A stretch of DNA of 34,367 nt from Craspedostauros australis (Eukaryota): the NCBI GenBank assembly GCA_030167865.1, contig JALAGF010002631.1, positions 1 to 34,367 on the forward strand, in the 5' to 3' direction. A model generated the notes under the pieces. It worked only from the letters and a program-made list of their open reading frames with translations. It was not told where the DNA came from and searched no databases. Below are positions 24,330 through 34,367 of this stretch, in pieces. Numbering within the stretch: the stretch's first letter is position 1; every line of letters starts with the position of its first letter. The translations under genes and the position numbers were made by a program.

Positions 24330-25112
24330 ATGAGGTACGGAAGTGGAAATGGGAGTGGGCTCGGGAGGCATCGCATGATGCTCGCGCCCGATGTTCAGAC
24401 CGTCCAAGTACGACTACATTGTACTACACGACAATATCTTGACCAAGCATGACCAATCTCACACCAATTCGTTTGCCTTCCACGACCACAATCAAAGAAC
24501 AGCGCAACTGACGAGAACGAACGCGCGCTGAGCAGCTGGGAAGACCATGAAGACGACCAGGAAGCCACGGAGCGGCGGGACGAGATCGTGGATGCCGAGA
24601 TGAATCCGCGCCGCAAATGCGTGCACAAAGTGTTCGTGGTGATCAACGGCATCACGGTGATCATCGCGACGCTCATGTTCGTGGCGCAGTTGCTGGGAAT
24701 CTACTTCAAGACGTTGAGCTTGGTGGATTACGTGCTGCGCGTCTACATCATCGCGCTGTGCGCCATGATCGTGATGAACGAATTGGAATGGACGTCGGTG
24801 ATCCGCGAATCGCGGCTGTTGCGCAATTGGTTGACGCGCGGGTTGATCTACGCATTCGTCGGCGTGCTTGGGATTGAGCAATATGAGGCGTCGCCATCGG
24901 GTCGGCATGATGATTCAGCGCATTTCGATGTTGCCATGAATTTCATACGCGTGGTGTCGAATATAATGGTGGGCGTTGGTGGGCTGTACTTCGTCATGGG
25001 GATATGCTGCATGCAGCTCGTGTCCAACAAGCTGCGGCATGAGTACGAGGAGCGCGTGGCGCGGGCGGGGGATATGCATGCCGCGGCGCAGACTTACAAT
25101 GACGTTGCGTAG
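24330..25112 (+). CDS. COPI-associated / TVP15-like Golgi membrane protein; probable exons 24330-24334, 24503-25112
   Basis: Four hydrophobic segments and LRNWLTRGLIYAFVGVL motif. The frame is open upstream of the listed ORF to an AACAG acceptor at 24502, and ATGAG|GTACGG at 24330 joins in frame (MSATDENE...). The start assignment is an inference. Confidence 0.7.
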
Positions 25113-25737
25113 ATCTCAATCATTCGTCATCTCTAATGAGGCTCGCAGCACCCGTGATGCTCCGCTTCATACTCCGAGCACCAAACTGCGGATAACATTC
25201 CATTTGTTCATGTACTATTTTATGATAGAATATGTTATTTGATACAATGCTTTGGTACATTAGCATGTGTCCTCGTTAATGATGGGCGGACATTCGCGCC
25301 ATGCAAACGTGGTGCCTACTCTATTCTACAAGCTGCGAAGGTCCCATTCTTCGTGATGTTGTTGGTATTGATGTGGTTGTTCTCTGCACCCTTTCGTTCT
25401 GTGCGACCTCGCTCACCGCAAAGCGCGAAAGATCAAGGAGGTGTCAACATCAAAAATGAGAAGGTTTGATCGCTGGTGTCTGCGAAAATGAAAAATCCAT
25501 CAACAGTCGCAGTTGGTGTGGAAGAGCGAAGATGGGTGTGGACACCAAGAATAGTCGTATAGTACGCATAGCACAACCTCCACACGAGCGCGTGGATCTC
25601 TCGGGTCCTCGCCATCACAGCAACAGTGCCACAATCAACAGTCTCGCACAGCGCACAATAAGAGGACACGGAACAACCAGGAACAAGCCATCGACTATTC
25701 TACCATACATATTCTATCTGTATTGATCATCGGCACC

Positions 25738-27220
25738 ATGGCGAAGACTGCAGAAAGCAACAAGAGCCACAAGAGCAACAAGAACAATAAGAGCAACAAC
25801 AATGACTCTCCAAGCGCAAGCACGAAGGCCCCGGGCATGTCGACGCCAACGAAGGTCCTCCTGCTGTCCATCGTGATTCAGGTTGTGCTTCTGCTATGCC
25901 CGCAGCCCAAACTGGATCCGCGTGAAGAGATCGCGCTTCCGCTGGCAAGATCCTACACAGCAACGCACGACGAACCACTGCAGGGTCTCACCATCCTGAT
26001 CACTGGCCCCACATCGGGCATTGGCAAAGGCGTCGCCAAGCTGGTCTCCGGAATGGGCGCCACGGTCATTGCGGTGGGGCGATCGCCGACCAAGTTGCAG
26101 CAGCTCAGTGACGACTTGCCGTCCCACGTCGATACCTTCGTGGCGGACTTTGCGGATTTGGAACAGGTCTCCGCGGCTTGCGATCAGATTCTCGCAAAGT
26201 ACGAACGCATCGACATGATCCTGGCCAACGCGGGCGTACATTATGGTTGGCGCACATTCGGATCGCCGTCGACGGCGCAGGGTGTTGATCAGGTGTACGG
26301 AGGTGCGTTCGCCAACGAATTGGTCAATGGATGCCACGTGGACTCGCAATGATGTCATACCATGTACTCACGGTGCGACGCTGCTGCTTTCTCCTCACAC
26401 TTATGTGTACCCACATCCCCATTTCACGATATTGTACATGTACGTGCCTGCAGTCAACTACCTCTCTCATTTTGTGCTCATCGAGAAGCTGATCCCGTTG
26501 CTGGAACAGGGGGGTCACAAGCCACGGCTTGTTTTCGTCAGTTCCTTCTTCCATTACGCCGTCAATGCACATGATGTGATGGGGACCCTGACAGATGCAC
26601 CATCATCAGCAGCAGCATCGTCTACTTCCGTGATGCCATCTATTTCGCCGCCACCCGGTATATTCGCAGATAGGCCATGTCCGCATCCCTTGTACAGAGA
26701 TCAGTACATGTATGGCGCATCCAAGGTGAGCTTGATGCTGTACGCGCACTATCTGCAACGGCAACACCCGCAAATCAAGGTGGTATCCGTGGATCCAGGC
26801 TGGGTGGCAACGCACATCAACGGCAGTCCCGGAACGCCGTTGTACCATCCGCAACAATGGCTGTCCTTCGATGTGTACGATGGATGGGGATTGGTCTCCA
26901 TCCTGCATGCCATGTTCAACACGACCGCAGTACCCGCTCAATCCGGAGGTTCGTTGTACTGGTCGAATGCCAAGAATTACAAGATCTTGCCTGCGTTCCT
27001 GAATTTGGAATCCAAGCTGTCATCGCCGATCTTGCAGCGGCTGTACCGCCAATTCCGAGTTCGCGATGCGTACACGGCGTTGTCGGGATTCGTGCTGGGG
27101 TACACGCAGCGTTTCTTCTATCATGCGTATCCATCGCACGTTGCAGAAGAGACGTTGGATCCGGCGGTGCAAGAGAATGTCGTGGCGTGGACTCGGCAAA
27201 TGGTAGCGCAGTGGTTGTAG
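25738..27220 (+). CDS. Membrane-anchored short-chain dehydrogenase/reductase (retinol dehydrogenase/WWOX-like); exons 25738-26302, 26454-27220
   Basis: TGPTSGIG cofactor motif, IDMILANAG, catalytic YGASK and VDPGWVAT. Intron 26303-26453 (GTGCGT...TGCAG) gives YGVNYLSHF. N-terminal hydrophobic anchor VLLLSIVIQVVLLL. Confidence 0.92.
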
Positions 27221-27524
27221 CCGTGCCAAATGGATGTGGAGTAGCTGATTTTGGTATCATATAATACTTTGGAGGGAGGAGATAACATCGATCTCCGTTT
27301 CCGTATGTGGAGTGCTCAGATCTTGGGAGGTTCGCTGTCTCATTCAAGATGTTGATCTGCTTTTAAGTCTGTTGTCGATACATGCCACTATCACGAGTCA
27401 AGAAACATAGAGTACTTGCAGTGATATGTACTCTACTTTACTCAATGCGTCGCAACATGCTCAATGATTGTGCTCTAATATCATGTTCTGCTATTATGTA
27501 CGCGTACGCGCATACAATGTCCGC

Positions 27525-28532
27525 TTAATCGAAGATGTCAGTTCCCTTCGGCGTGAAAGCGTCTGGCCCACCCAGGACTCCGTCCAATGGATTTGGGTTG
27601 GTCTTGTAGCTGACGTACTTGTCGAGCGCCGAGATTGCCTTCATTTCATCCTCGGACAGGGTGAAGTCGTACACATCAATGTTCTCCTTGATACGATGCG
27701 CCTTGACGCTCTTTGGCAGCACGACAATGCTGCGTTGCAGCAACCACCGCAGCAGGACCTGCGCTGGGCTCTTGCCATGCCCTTCTGCGATCTTGATGAC
27801 AACCTCATCATCCAGCGGACATGCGGTCTTCCAGGTTTCCTTGTTGGCGGCGCCGCCACCCAACGGGGTGTGGGCCGTGACGCAGATCTTGCGGGAGTGA
27901 CAGTAATTGACCAACGATTCGCGGGTGTAGTAAGCGTGCGTCTCGATCTGGTTGCACGACACGGGGACCTTGGCCTGCGTGACGAGATCGTGCAGCAGCA
28001 CGAGGGGGTAGTTGGACACGCCGATGGAACGGCACTTGCCGGCCTCCACCAACGCTTCCATCGCTCTCCAGGTGTCGATCAGCGGGGTGTCGCCGAATTC
28101 GGAAGCGCCCCAGCTGGGCGTGGCCAGTCCAGTGTGCTTCCACGCGACGGGGAAGTGGATGAGGTAGAGATCGAAGTACTCCAGGCCGAGATTGTTGAGA
28201 CTGTGATCGCAGGCCTGCGGCACGATTTCGACGTCGTGGTCAGAGTTCCAGAGCTTGCCGGTGATGAAGAGATCCTCGCGCTTGACGAGGCCTTCGCTGA
28301 ATGCCTTCTGGAATGCGGCGCCGACCTCCTTCTCGTTGCCGTACACGTGCGCCAGATCGAAGTGCTTGTACCCTGCCTTGATTGCCTCGATGACGGCATC
28401 GCCGACCTCGTTGTTCTCGCTGCGGAATGTTCCGTACGCGACGACGGGCATGTCATGGCCGCTTGCCAGCTTGAAGACCGCAGCGGAAGAAGATGGGTCG
28501 AAGCTCTTTGGAGGGATGGTGTAGTTGCTCAT
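27525..28532 (-). CDS. Aldo-keto reductase, AKR2A-like (aldose/mannose-6-phosphate reductase-like)
   Basis: Catalytic tetrad D-Y-K-H lies in HFDLAHVYGNE, FITGKLWNSDH and LYLIHFP. Also SIGVSNY, NQIETH and the LPKS NADPH motif. Confidence 0.95.
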   Translation of the reverse strand: MSNYTIPPKSFDPSSSAAVFKLASGHDMPVVAYGTFRSENNEVGDAVIEAIKAGYKHFDLAHVYGNEKEVGAAFQKAFSEGLVKREDLFITGKLWNSDHDVEIVPQACDHSLNNLGLEYFDLYLIHFPVAWKHTGLATPSWGASEFGDTPLIDTWRAMEALVEAGKCRSIGVSNYPLVLLHDLVTQAKVPVSCNQIETHAYYTRESLVNYCHSRKICVTAHTPLGGGAANKETWKTACPLDDEVVIKIAEGHGKSPAQVLLRWLLQRSIVVLPKSVKAHRIKENIDVYDFTLSEDEMKAISALDKYVSYKTNPNPLDGVLGGPDAFTPKGTDIFD

Positions 28533-29412
28533 GGTGAAATGCTATATTTGTTTTCGGAAGGTGCTTGCTTGTTGCTTGCTTGTGTGCTTGTGGTTCGATT
28601 GTTGTTGCGTTTGTTGTTTTATGAGGACGTCGAAGACGGAAGTGGAAGTCGAAGTGGAGATGAGATGAGCGCGAAGACGAAGATGGCGGATGTTGGCCCA
28701 ATGACCGCGATGCGCGCGTGTGTTGGATCCATTCGGCGCATGCGTACGTACTCGTCTTCCCTGCATGCAACAAGGAATGCAATGTAGGAATCATCATCAT
28801 CGTCATCATCATCTCTCTGTGCAGCCATGTTACCACAACACCGGTTAGATCACATCTTGTGTGGCGAATGCAACCAGCTGCTCTTTCCCGTTTTCGCCTT
28901 CGCCTGCAATTGCCTCTTGTGCATGTGTGTTGTTTCCATTTTGTGTGTGATATCTTTCGAGACGTGGATGTAGAAGAGAAGACAACGAACAACAACTACT
29001 CGCTCCACGTGGAAGCGACCAATACGACCCATCCGCATCAGCCATCACCAACCAACAAACGTGACAACACGAGAGATTGCGAGAGAGACGATCTGCGTGC
29101 GTTTCTGCTGATGTCGATTTCTTTGCGTGTCAAGAGGCAGAAAGATGCAGCGGCTGGTTGATGGGTCGGCCCAAGTGACGACCAAACCAGCCAAAGGAAC
29201 CAAAGCATCATTGCTATCGTCATCTTCATCGCCATCTTCACCATCACCGTTGACCAGAGCAATCTCAAGATCGAATCTGACCAGAGCAGCAAGAGCATCG
29301 TTTTGTAGAAAGAGCGATAATCAACTACGGCAACGCTCTTCCGTTTCCTTTCCAATCAGCAGCACCAGCACCAGCACTAAAGACAACGAATAAGCCATCG
29401 ACGATCTTCAAA

Positions 29413-30568
29413 ATGCAGCGACAGACCTTCCTTCTCGCCATTCTCGCATCCTGCGCAAGCGCGTGGGTGCCATCGTCGTCGTCGTCACGTTCGATGCGAC
29501 GATCGCACGCCCCGATGTTCATGTCGGGGAGCTTGCACGGCGAGAACTCGTGCTTTCTTCCATTGAAGCAGCTGGATCAGGATTACTACGCTCCACGAAT
29601 TGTGCAGGTGCGTTGACGTGTTTTGTGGGAACTTGGCCAATGCATTTGTTGCAGTAAGGGTATTCACTGAATGTCGTTCGATGCAACAGAGCACGATCTC
29701 CGCTCAGCGAAAGTCCATACAATTCAAGTTCTCTCCAAACGACCGATAGCTTCCGATGCTTTCGTTGAGTGACTTTTGTGAAGCAACGGTTCAAGTGTTT
29801 GGGCATCAGATCCATTATGCTCACATTATTGTTTTCCTTTGACCACCGCCATTTCCTGATTTTGACTGGGACAACCAACACTCTGGATTTCCTCGTGGAC
29901 GGATGCTCATTTGGATGAATCAATGAACAACCGGCACGCGCAACCACGAACACAACACTTGGACACAATGAACGAATGGGCGGACGAACGAATGAAACAT
30001 GACGGCGACTGAACCCATGGAATACGAATACGTTGCGAAACACATTGCTCTCAAATACCATGGTATTCTGCAATACAATAACGCCATCAACTGCCCGGCT
30101 GTATTCCAGATTGCCGGCGCTTACCCCGGTTTGACGAGAGCAGAATACGAGGCGGTGTCATCAGATCCGCCGGCGGAACCAGGCCAGTGGACGTACGGAT
30201 TCAGCGACCCGGAGGGACCCCCGGTGGGCACCGTCGCGATGGATGGCAGCAACGCCGTTGCCGTCTGCGAAGATCCGGTGGCCATCATCGGAGATCATTT
30301 CACAATGAAGCTTCCGCTTCCGGAAGTGCTGACCGATCCGGTCGATCTCGTGCTGCTTGTGGACCGCGCCGCCAAGACGTTCGCGGAGCGCAAGTTCCTG
30401 GTGCTGGAAGTTCCTGGTAAGGGCATCGATATCGGCGCTTTCTCGAGGAAGGACGAGCTGCCCGGTGGCGCCGAGATATTGGGGCAGGTGGTGCTGTGCC
30501 AGGTGCCGTGGTTGCCATGCATGAAGCCAACGAAGACCGGCTTCCTCGAGGCGGACGAATACTTCTAA
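29413..30568 (+). CDS. Plastid-targeted protein of unknown function; exons 29413-29607, 30110-30568
   Basis: Signal peptide MQRQTFLLAILASCASA followed by WVP and a Ser/Arg-rich transit peptide (ASAFAP-type). Phase-0 intron 29608-30109 (GTGCGT...TCCAG) joins PRIVQ|IAGAYPG. Exon 2 is GC-rich and coding-like. Confidence 0.85.
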
Positions 30569-30845
30569 AATAAATAATGGCTACCCTTCAGATGGACAGT
30601 GCTACTACCTACTGCTGTATTGCTTTCATCCGATGTTCTGATGGTGAGTGGTTGAGCAGCTGAATGGCTGCATGGCTCGGTGAGTGAATGCAGAGAAGGA
30701 ACGAAGCGCGAAACTGAACACGGTACCTCTGAGTAATATACACACTAGTACTAAACATAATGGATACGCAATACAACGATATCCCACGATTGGTACTGTC
30801 CTGTTTTGTCCGCCAAACTGAACTTTCAAGCCGAGAGAAGATGCG

Positions 30846-30969
30846 ACGTCATCATGACTGTCGATTGCTTGCGTCTGTTTGTCACGCCAGACGGTGTTGC
30901 GTGAGCATCTGACGGAAAAAGATGTTCTTCACGTTGGAGTGACGTTGACTCGTCATCTTGATTACGTCA
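30846..30969. promoter_or_regulatory. Cluster of TGACGT/ACGTCA (CRE-like) motifs about 1.1 kb upstream of the bZIP gene
   Basis: ACGTCA 30846-30851, TGACGG 30910-30915, TGACGT 30940-30945, TGACTCGTCA 30946-30955, TTACGTCA 30962-30969. Function is inferred only. Confidence 0.35.
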
Positions 30970-32045
30970 CTGTATCCGAACGTACGAGGATGAGCGGCAA
31001 TTTCAGACTCCGCGCATAATTGTGCGTCCAAGACGATGCATCAGAGTTGTTTCACACATAGTGCACGGTTGTTCTGTGCCGTGGCTTCCACATGACACAA
31101 ATCCGAACCAGTTGGATCAGCCTGACATCACAACTGCAAGCCAAGACAGCAGAAACTCCGGGCCAATGGTGGAACAGTTGGCGCATTTCCAAAGACGTTT
31201 CGACGGGGAAACATGAGATTCCATCACCCCAAACAAGGTTGCTGCCATTCCACGTGGTTTGCAAAGCGGGAAATGGCATTCCGACATTAGTGCGACATGG
31301 AAGAGGACACGCAAAGTGGTCGAAATGAGAACTGGAACACCTGCTGCTTCTGCGAACTGCGAGAGACAGGCAAACAGATGACGCGAAGGCAGGTTTCAGC
31401 AGACGGAGGCAGAAGGAAAGACACGCGGAAGAATCGAGAATCAACGCCAATGCATCGCGACAAGGGCGGTGCAAGATGGAGGAAAACAACAACCCAAACA
31501 GAAGCACGCACCCGCGCGTGATGCGCGAAATGCCATCGTCATCGACCTCGTCATCATCACCGTTGCGAACCGTGGAAACAGGTGGCGAGGGGCAGAGGTC
31601 GCTTTGTTTGTGAAGGGTTTGCGCTGGTCTGTGCTGATTTGGTTGGTCATGAAGGACGGTGTGATCATCACGTGATGCAGTGTCTGATGTCACAACTACG
31701 TTGGTGTGTTCCACCAAACCAACATCAGACGTCAAAGTATGGAGAAACGGAGACGCAACGGTACGAGAGTCTCACAATAGATTCACACCACATCAATTCA
31801 ACCAACCGAACAACCACCGAAAGCACAAAGGTTCGTTCGCTTCCAACTTGCCCCCACAACGACAACGACAGAACAGTCATCATCACCACCGCATCAGCAC
31901 CGCATCATCATTTGTTCTTCCTCCTTTCGTCCAGCCTGCCTGAGCTCACCCAACCTCACAAACTCAGACCGAGAACATCATATAAACACAACAATTGCAA
32001 CAAAATCAACAAAAGCAACCAACCAGCAGTAAGAACAACAACAGC

Positions 32046-33143
32046 ATGTCCATGATGAACTTGTCAGACACAGCATCCGCGGACGCCGTCCTGTCTCTGA
32101 AGAGGAAGCACGAGGGTCTGTCTCCATTCGCAAAGAAGACCGCCGCATCACCCACCACCATGACCAAGGAGGAGCCATCAGCCATCGGATCGGCCGCATT
32201 CAACCAGCGTCCCGCGAAGAAGGCCAACGTGACCAAGGGCAGGGAGATCCGCCTGGAGCAGAACAGGAAGGCTGCCAGAGAGTCCCGCAGGAGGAAGAAG
32301 GTCATGATCGAGGAGCTGCAGCGCAGCGTCATCTTCTTCTCCAGAGCCAACGGCGCCCTCAAGCAGCAGAACGACGACCTCAGCCGTCTCCTCATGCAGG
32401 CTCAGACGCAGGTTGCCATCATCGAGAACCAGAAGAAGGCCAACGCAGCGGCTGCTGCCGCCGCCGCCGCCCAGCAGCAGCAGGCCCAACAACAGCAACA
32501 AGCTCAGGCGCAGGCTCACGCCCAAGCACAGGCCCAGGCTCAGCAGCCACAGCAAGTCCAGCAGCAGGCAGCGCCTTCCGCTCCTTCCAGCAACAATGGC
32601 AACAGCCACGTGCCCAAGACCAGCCCAGAACAGGAAGCACAGGCCCATGCGCAGACCGTCGCCACGCAGGCCATCCTCCAGAGCCAGGGATTCCCATCAG
32701 CTGCTGCCAGGGCCGCAGCGCAGACCCTCAACGGCGTGCAGCACGCTGTCACCCAGGGCAGTGTCGCCTCTGCCGCCGCGTTGGCAGCCCAAGGTGGACA
32801 GACAATGCCCCCAATGCAGCCAGGTGCCACCATGCAAGCCATGGCCAACTTCCAACAGGCCGCTGCCGTGGCCATGCAAGCCGCAGTCCATGGCATGCAG
32901 GGTCTTTCCGGAACCCAAGCCGCTCCGGCAACAGCCGCCCCACCAGCCCCACAGCAACCTGCGCAGGCCTCACAGGCGACCTTCAACGATGCCATGACCG
33001 CCCTCGCCATGCAGGCTGCAGGGCAGCAGCTGTTCCAGGGCAACCCCTTCGTCGGACCCATGATGGCGTGGCAGCATCAGGCACAGGCCCAAGCCCAGGC
33101 GCATCCCACCGGGACCGCCAATGGTGCCACGCAGCAGCCCTGA
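32046..33143 (+). CDS. bZIP transcription factor with Gln/Ala-rich C-terminus
   Basis: Basic region RLEQNRKAARESRRRKK followed by heptads (IEELQRSVIFFSRANGALKQQNDDLSRLL). First ATG in frame is 32046. Confidence 0.93.
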   Translation: MSMMNLSDTASADAVLSLKRKHEGLSPFAKKTAASPTTMTKEEPSAIGSAAFNQRPAKKANVTKGREIRLEQNRKAARESRRRKKVMIEELQRSVIFFSRANGALKQQNDDLSRLLMQAQTQVAIIENQKKANAAAAAAAAAQQQQAQQQQQAQAQAHAQAQAQAQQPQQVQQQAAPSAPSSNNGNSHVPKTSPEQEAQAHAQTVATQAILQSQGFPSAAARAAAQTLNGVQHAVTQGSVASAAALAAQGGQTMPPMQPGATMQAMANFQQAAAVAMQAAVHGMQGLSGTQAAPATAAPPAPQQPAQASQATFNDAMTALAMQAAGQQLFQGNPFVGPMMAWQHQAQAQAQAHPTGTANGATQQP

Positions 33144-33980
33144 GCAGGGTCGATGCATGGGGAGCGCGAAAGCCTGCGCTGGGCATGAGAAGGCACGATC
33201 GCTCACAATCACTGAACGCACAACTACGTACCCTACTCCAATCTCAATAGCTCGTGATAGTCTCCACGAGATATAACACAATCAATAAGGATCACCGCAA
33301 TATTTGTTTCCAATACCACCATGCCTCATGTAGTATACGTACGAGTACAATACAACGCAAGTGCCTGTGGTCATCGATGGACGCCCTTGTCCATCAACTT
33401 GTGATGTTGCCTCTTTGCGAATGTGGTCAAGACCATCACCTCCGATGCATGCGAGAGTGACGAAGAGCCTCTTCGGAACTTTGTGGAACGTTGCCGCAGC
33501 AGAATCGTGTCGTATTTTGGGGAGTGCCACTTGAACGTACCGGCGTCTCTTCTTCTTCCTGTCTCGTTTCGCACTGTTTCTTCTCTCTCGTGTCTTGTTT
33601 GTGTGTCTTGTTGAAACTGATCTTGCTTTCCATGATCTACACTTGTACCAAGACTTCGTATGACATCTATCTTTGAAATTTGTAGGCTTCCCCTGTGACG
33701 GATCGTGTTGCCGGTTCGTGTTTGATTCAACTGCCAGTTTGGCGATCCCACCACCCAATCATGAGCGTTCATGAATCATACAATGATCCCACAACCGAGT
33801 CCTGCAAGGCACGGGAAAAACGTTGAAACACGACTTAGAGCGTGTTCGACCACTTCGACGAGTTACTTTGAATCACTGAAGCGATGTTGAAGTTCGACTC
33901 AACTGATTGCAACATTCGTTCTAGAATAACGTTTTTAACGTCTATATGTTTAAAAAGCGAACTCCAATGACAACAAACTG

Positions 33981-34160
33981 ATTCAATGAAAGTAATGACG
34001 TTTCAATGAAAGTAATGACGATTCAATGAAAGTAATCACGGTTCAATGAAAGTAATGACGATTCAATGAAAGTAATCACGGTTCAATGAAAGTAATGACG
34101 TTTCAATGAAAGTAATAGCGTTTCAATGAAAGTAATGNCGTTTCAATGAAAGTAATGTCG
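33981..34160. repeat. Tandem array of 9 x 20 bp, consensus dTTCAATGAAAGTAATGACG
   Basis: Nine contiguous units start at 33981, 34001, ... 34141. The core TTCAATGAAAGTAAT is invariant and variation is confined to the flanking positions. One N at 34138. Confidence 0.97.
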
Positions 34161-34367
34161 GACCACGACTGAACGACGAAAACACGACTCACACGATTTT
34201 GTCGAAACTCGACACAACTCACACAACCGCACACGATGGATCAGTTTTGTGTGGTTCCAAAACGAGAACGTGCGTGCTGCCTGCATCAGTGAATGCAGCG
34301 AACGATAACGCTGGTTATACATGTGTTCTTGGTGCAAGTACTACCATTGCGTACTTTGCACGATTGG

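Noticed and set aside
27468-28787. 439-aa + strand ORF
   Set aside because: Antisense shadow of the codon-biased AKR gene, with no recognisable motifs.
33981-34160. CRISPR array
   Set aside because: Units are contiguous with no unique spacers, no cas genes are present, and the context is eukaryotic.

Overview
Gene-dense eukaryotic nuclear DNA with GT-AG spliceosomal introns. It is most consistent with a diatom/stramenopile: one protein has an ASAFAP-type bipartite plastid presequence, and the GAPDH and bZIP are diatom-like. The species cannot be determined from the sequence alone. I reconstruct 15 protein-coding genes, with exon junctions checked by hand for reading frame: GAPDH (5'-truncated), SF1/BBP, a mitochondrial CBS-pair protein, NAC-beta/BTF3, PCF11, ATP11, an RHL1-like protein, MUTYH, a GPI-type multi-FAS1 fasciclin, a Gfo/Idh/MocA dehydrogenase, a COPI-associated/TVP15-like membrane protein, an SDR, an aldo-keto reductase, an unknown plastid-targeted protein and a bZIP factor. 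There are also two microsatellites and a 9 x 20-bp tandem array. The most notable locus is a head-to-head DNA-maintenance pair. One partner is a hypothetical protein that looks like the plant topoisomerase VI accessory subunit RHL1. The other is an unusual MUTYH that lacks three of four [4Fe-4S] cysteines, carries an NLS and PIP box inserted in its catalytic domain, and has three in-frame starts suggesting multi-compartment targeting. Other observations are a PCF11 with a degenerate first zinc finger, an AKR resembling plant sugar-6-phosphate reductases, and a DHDH-like enzyme with altered active-site residues. All family assignments come from motif recognition from memory; no database search was run.
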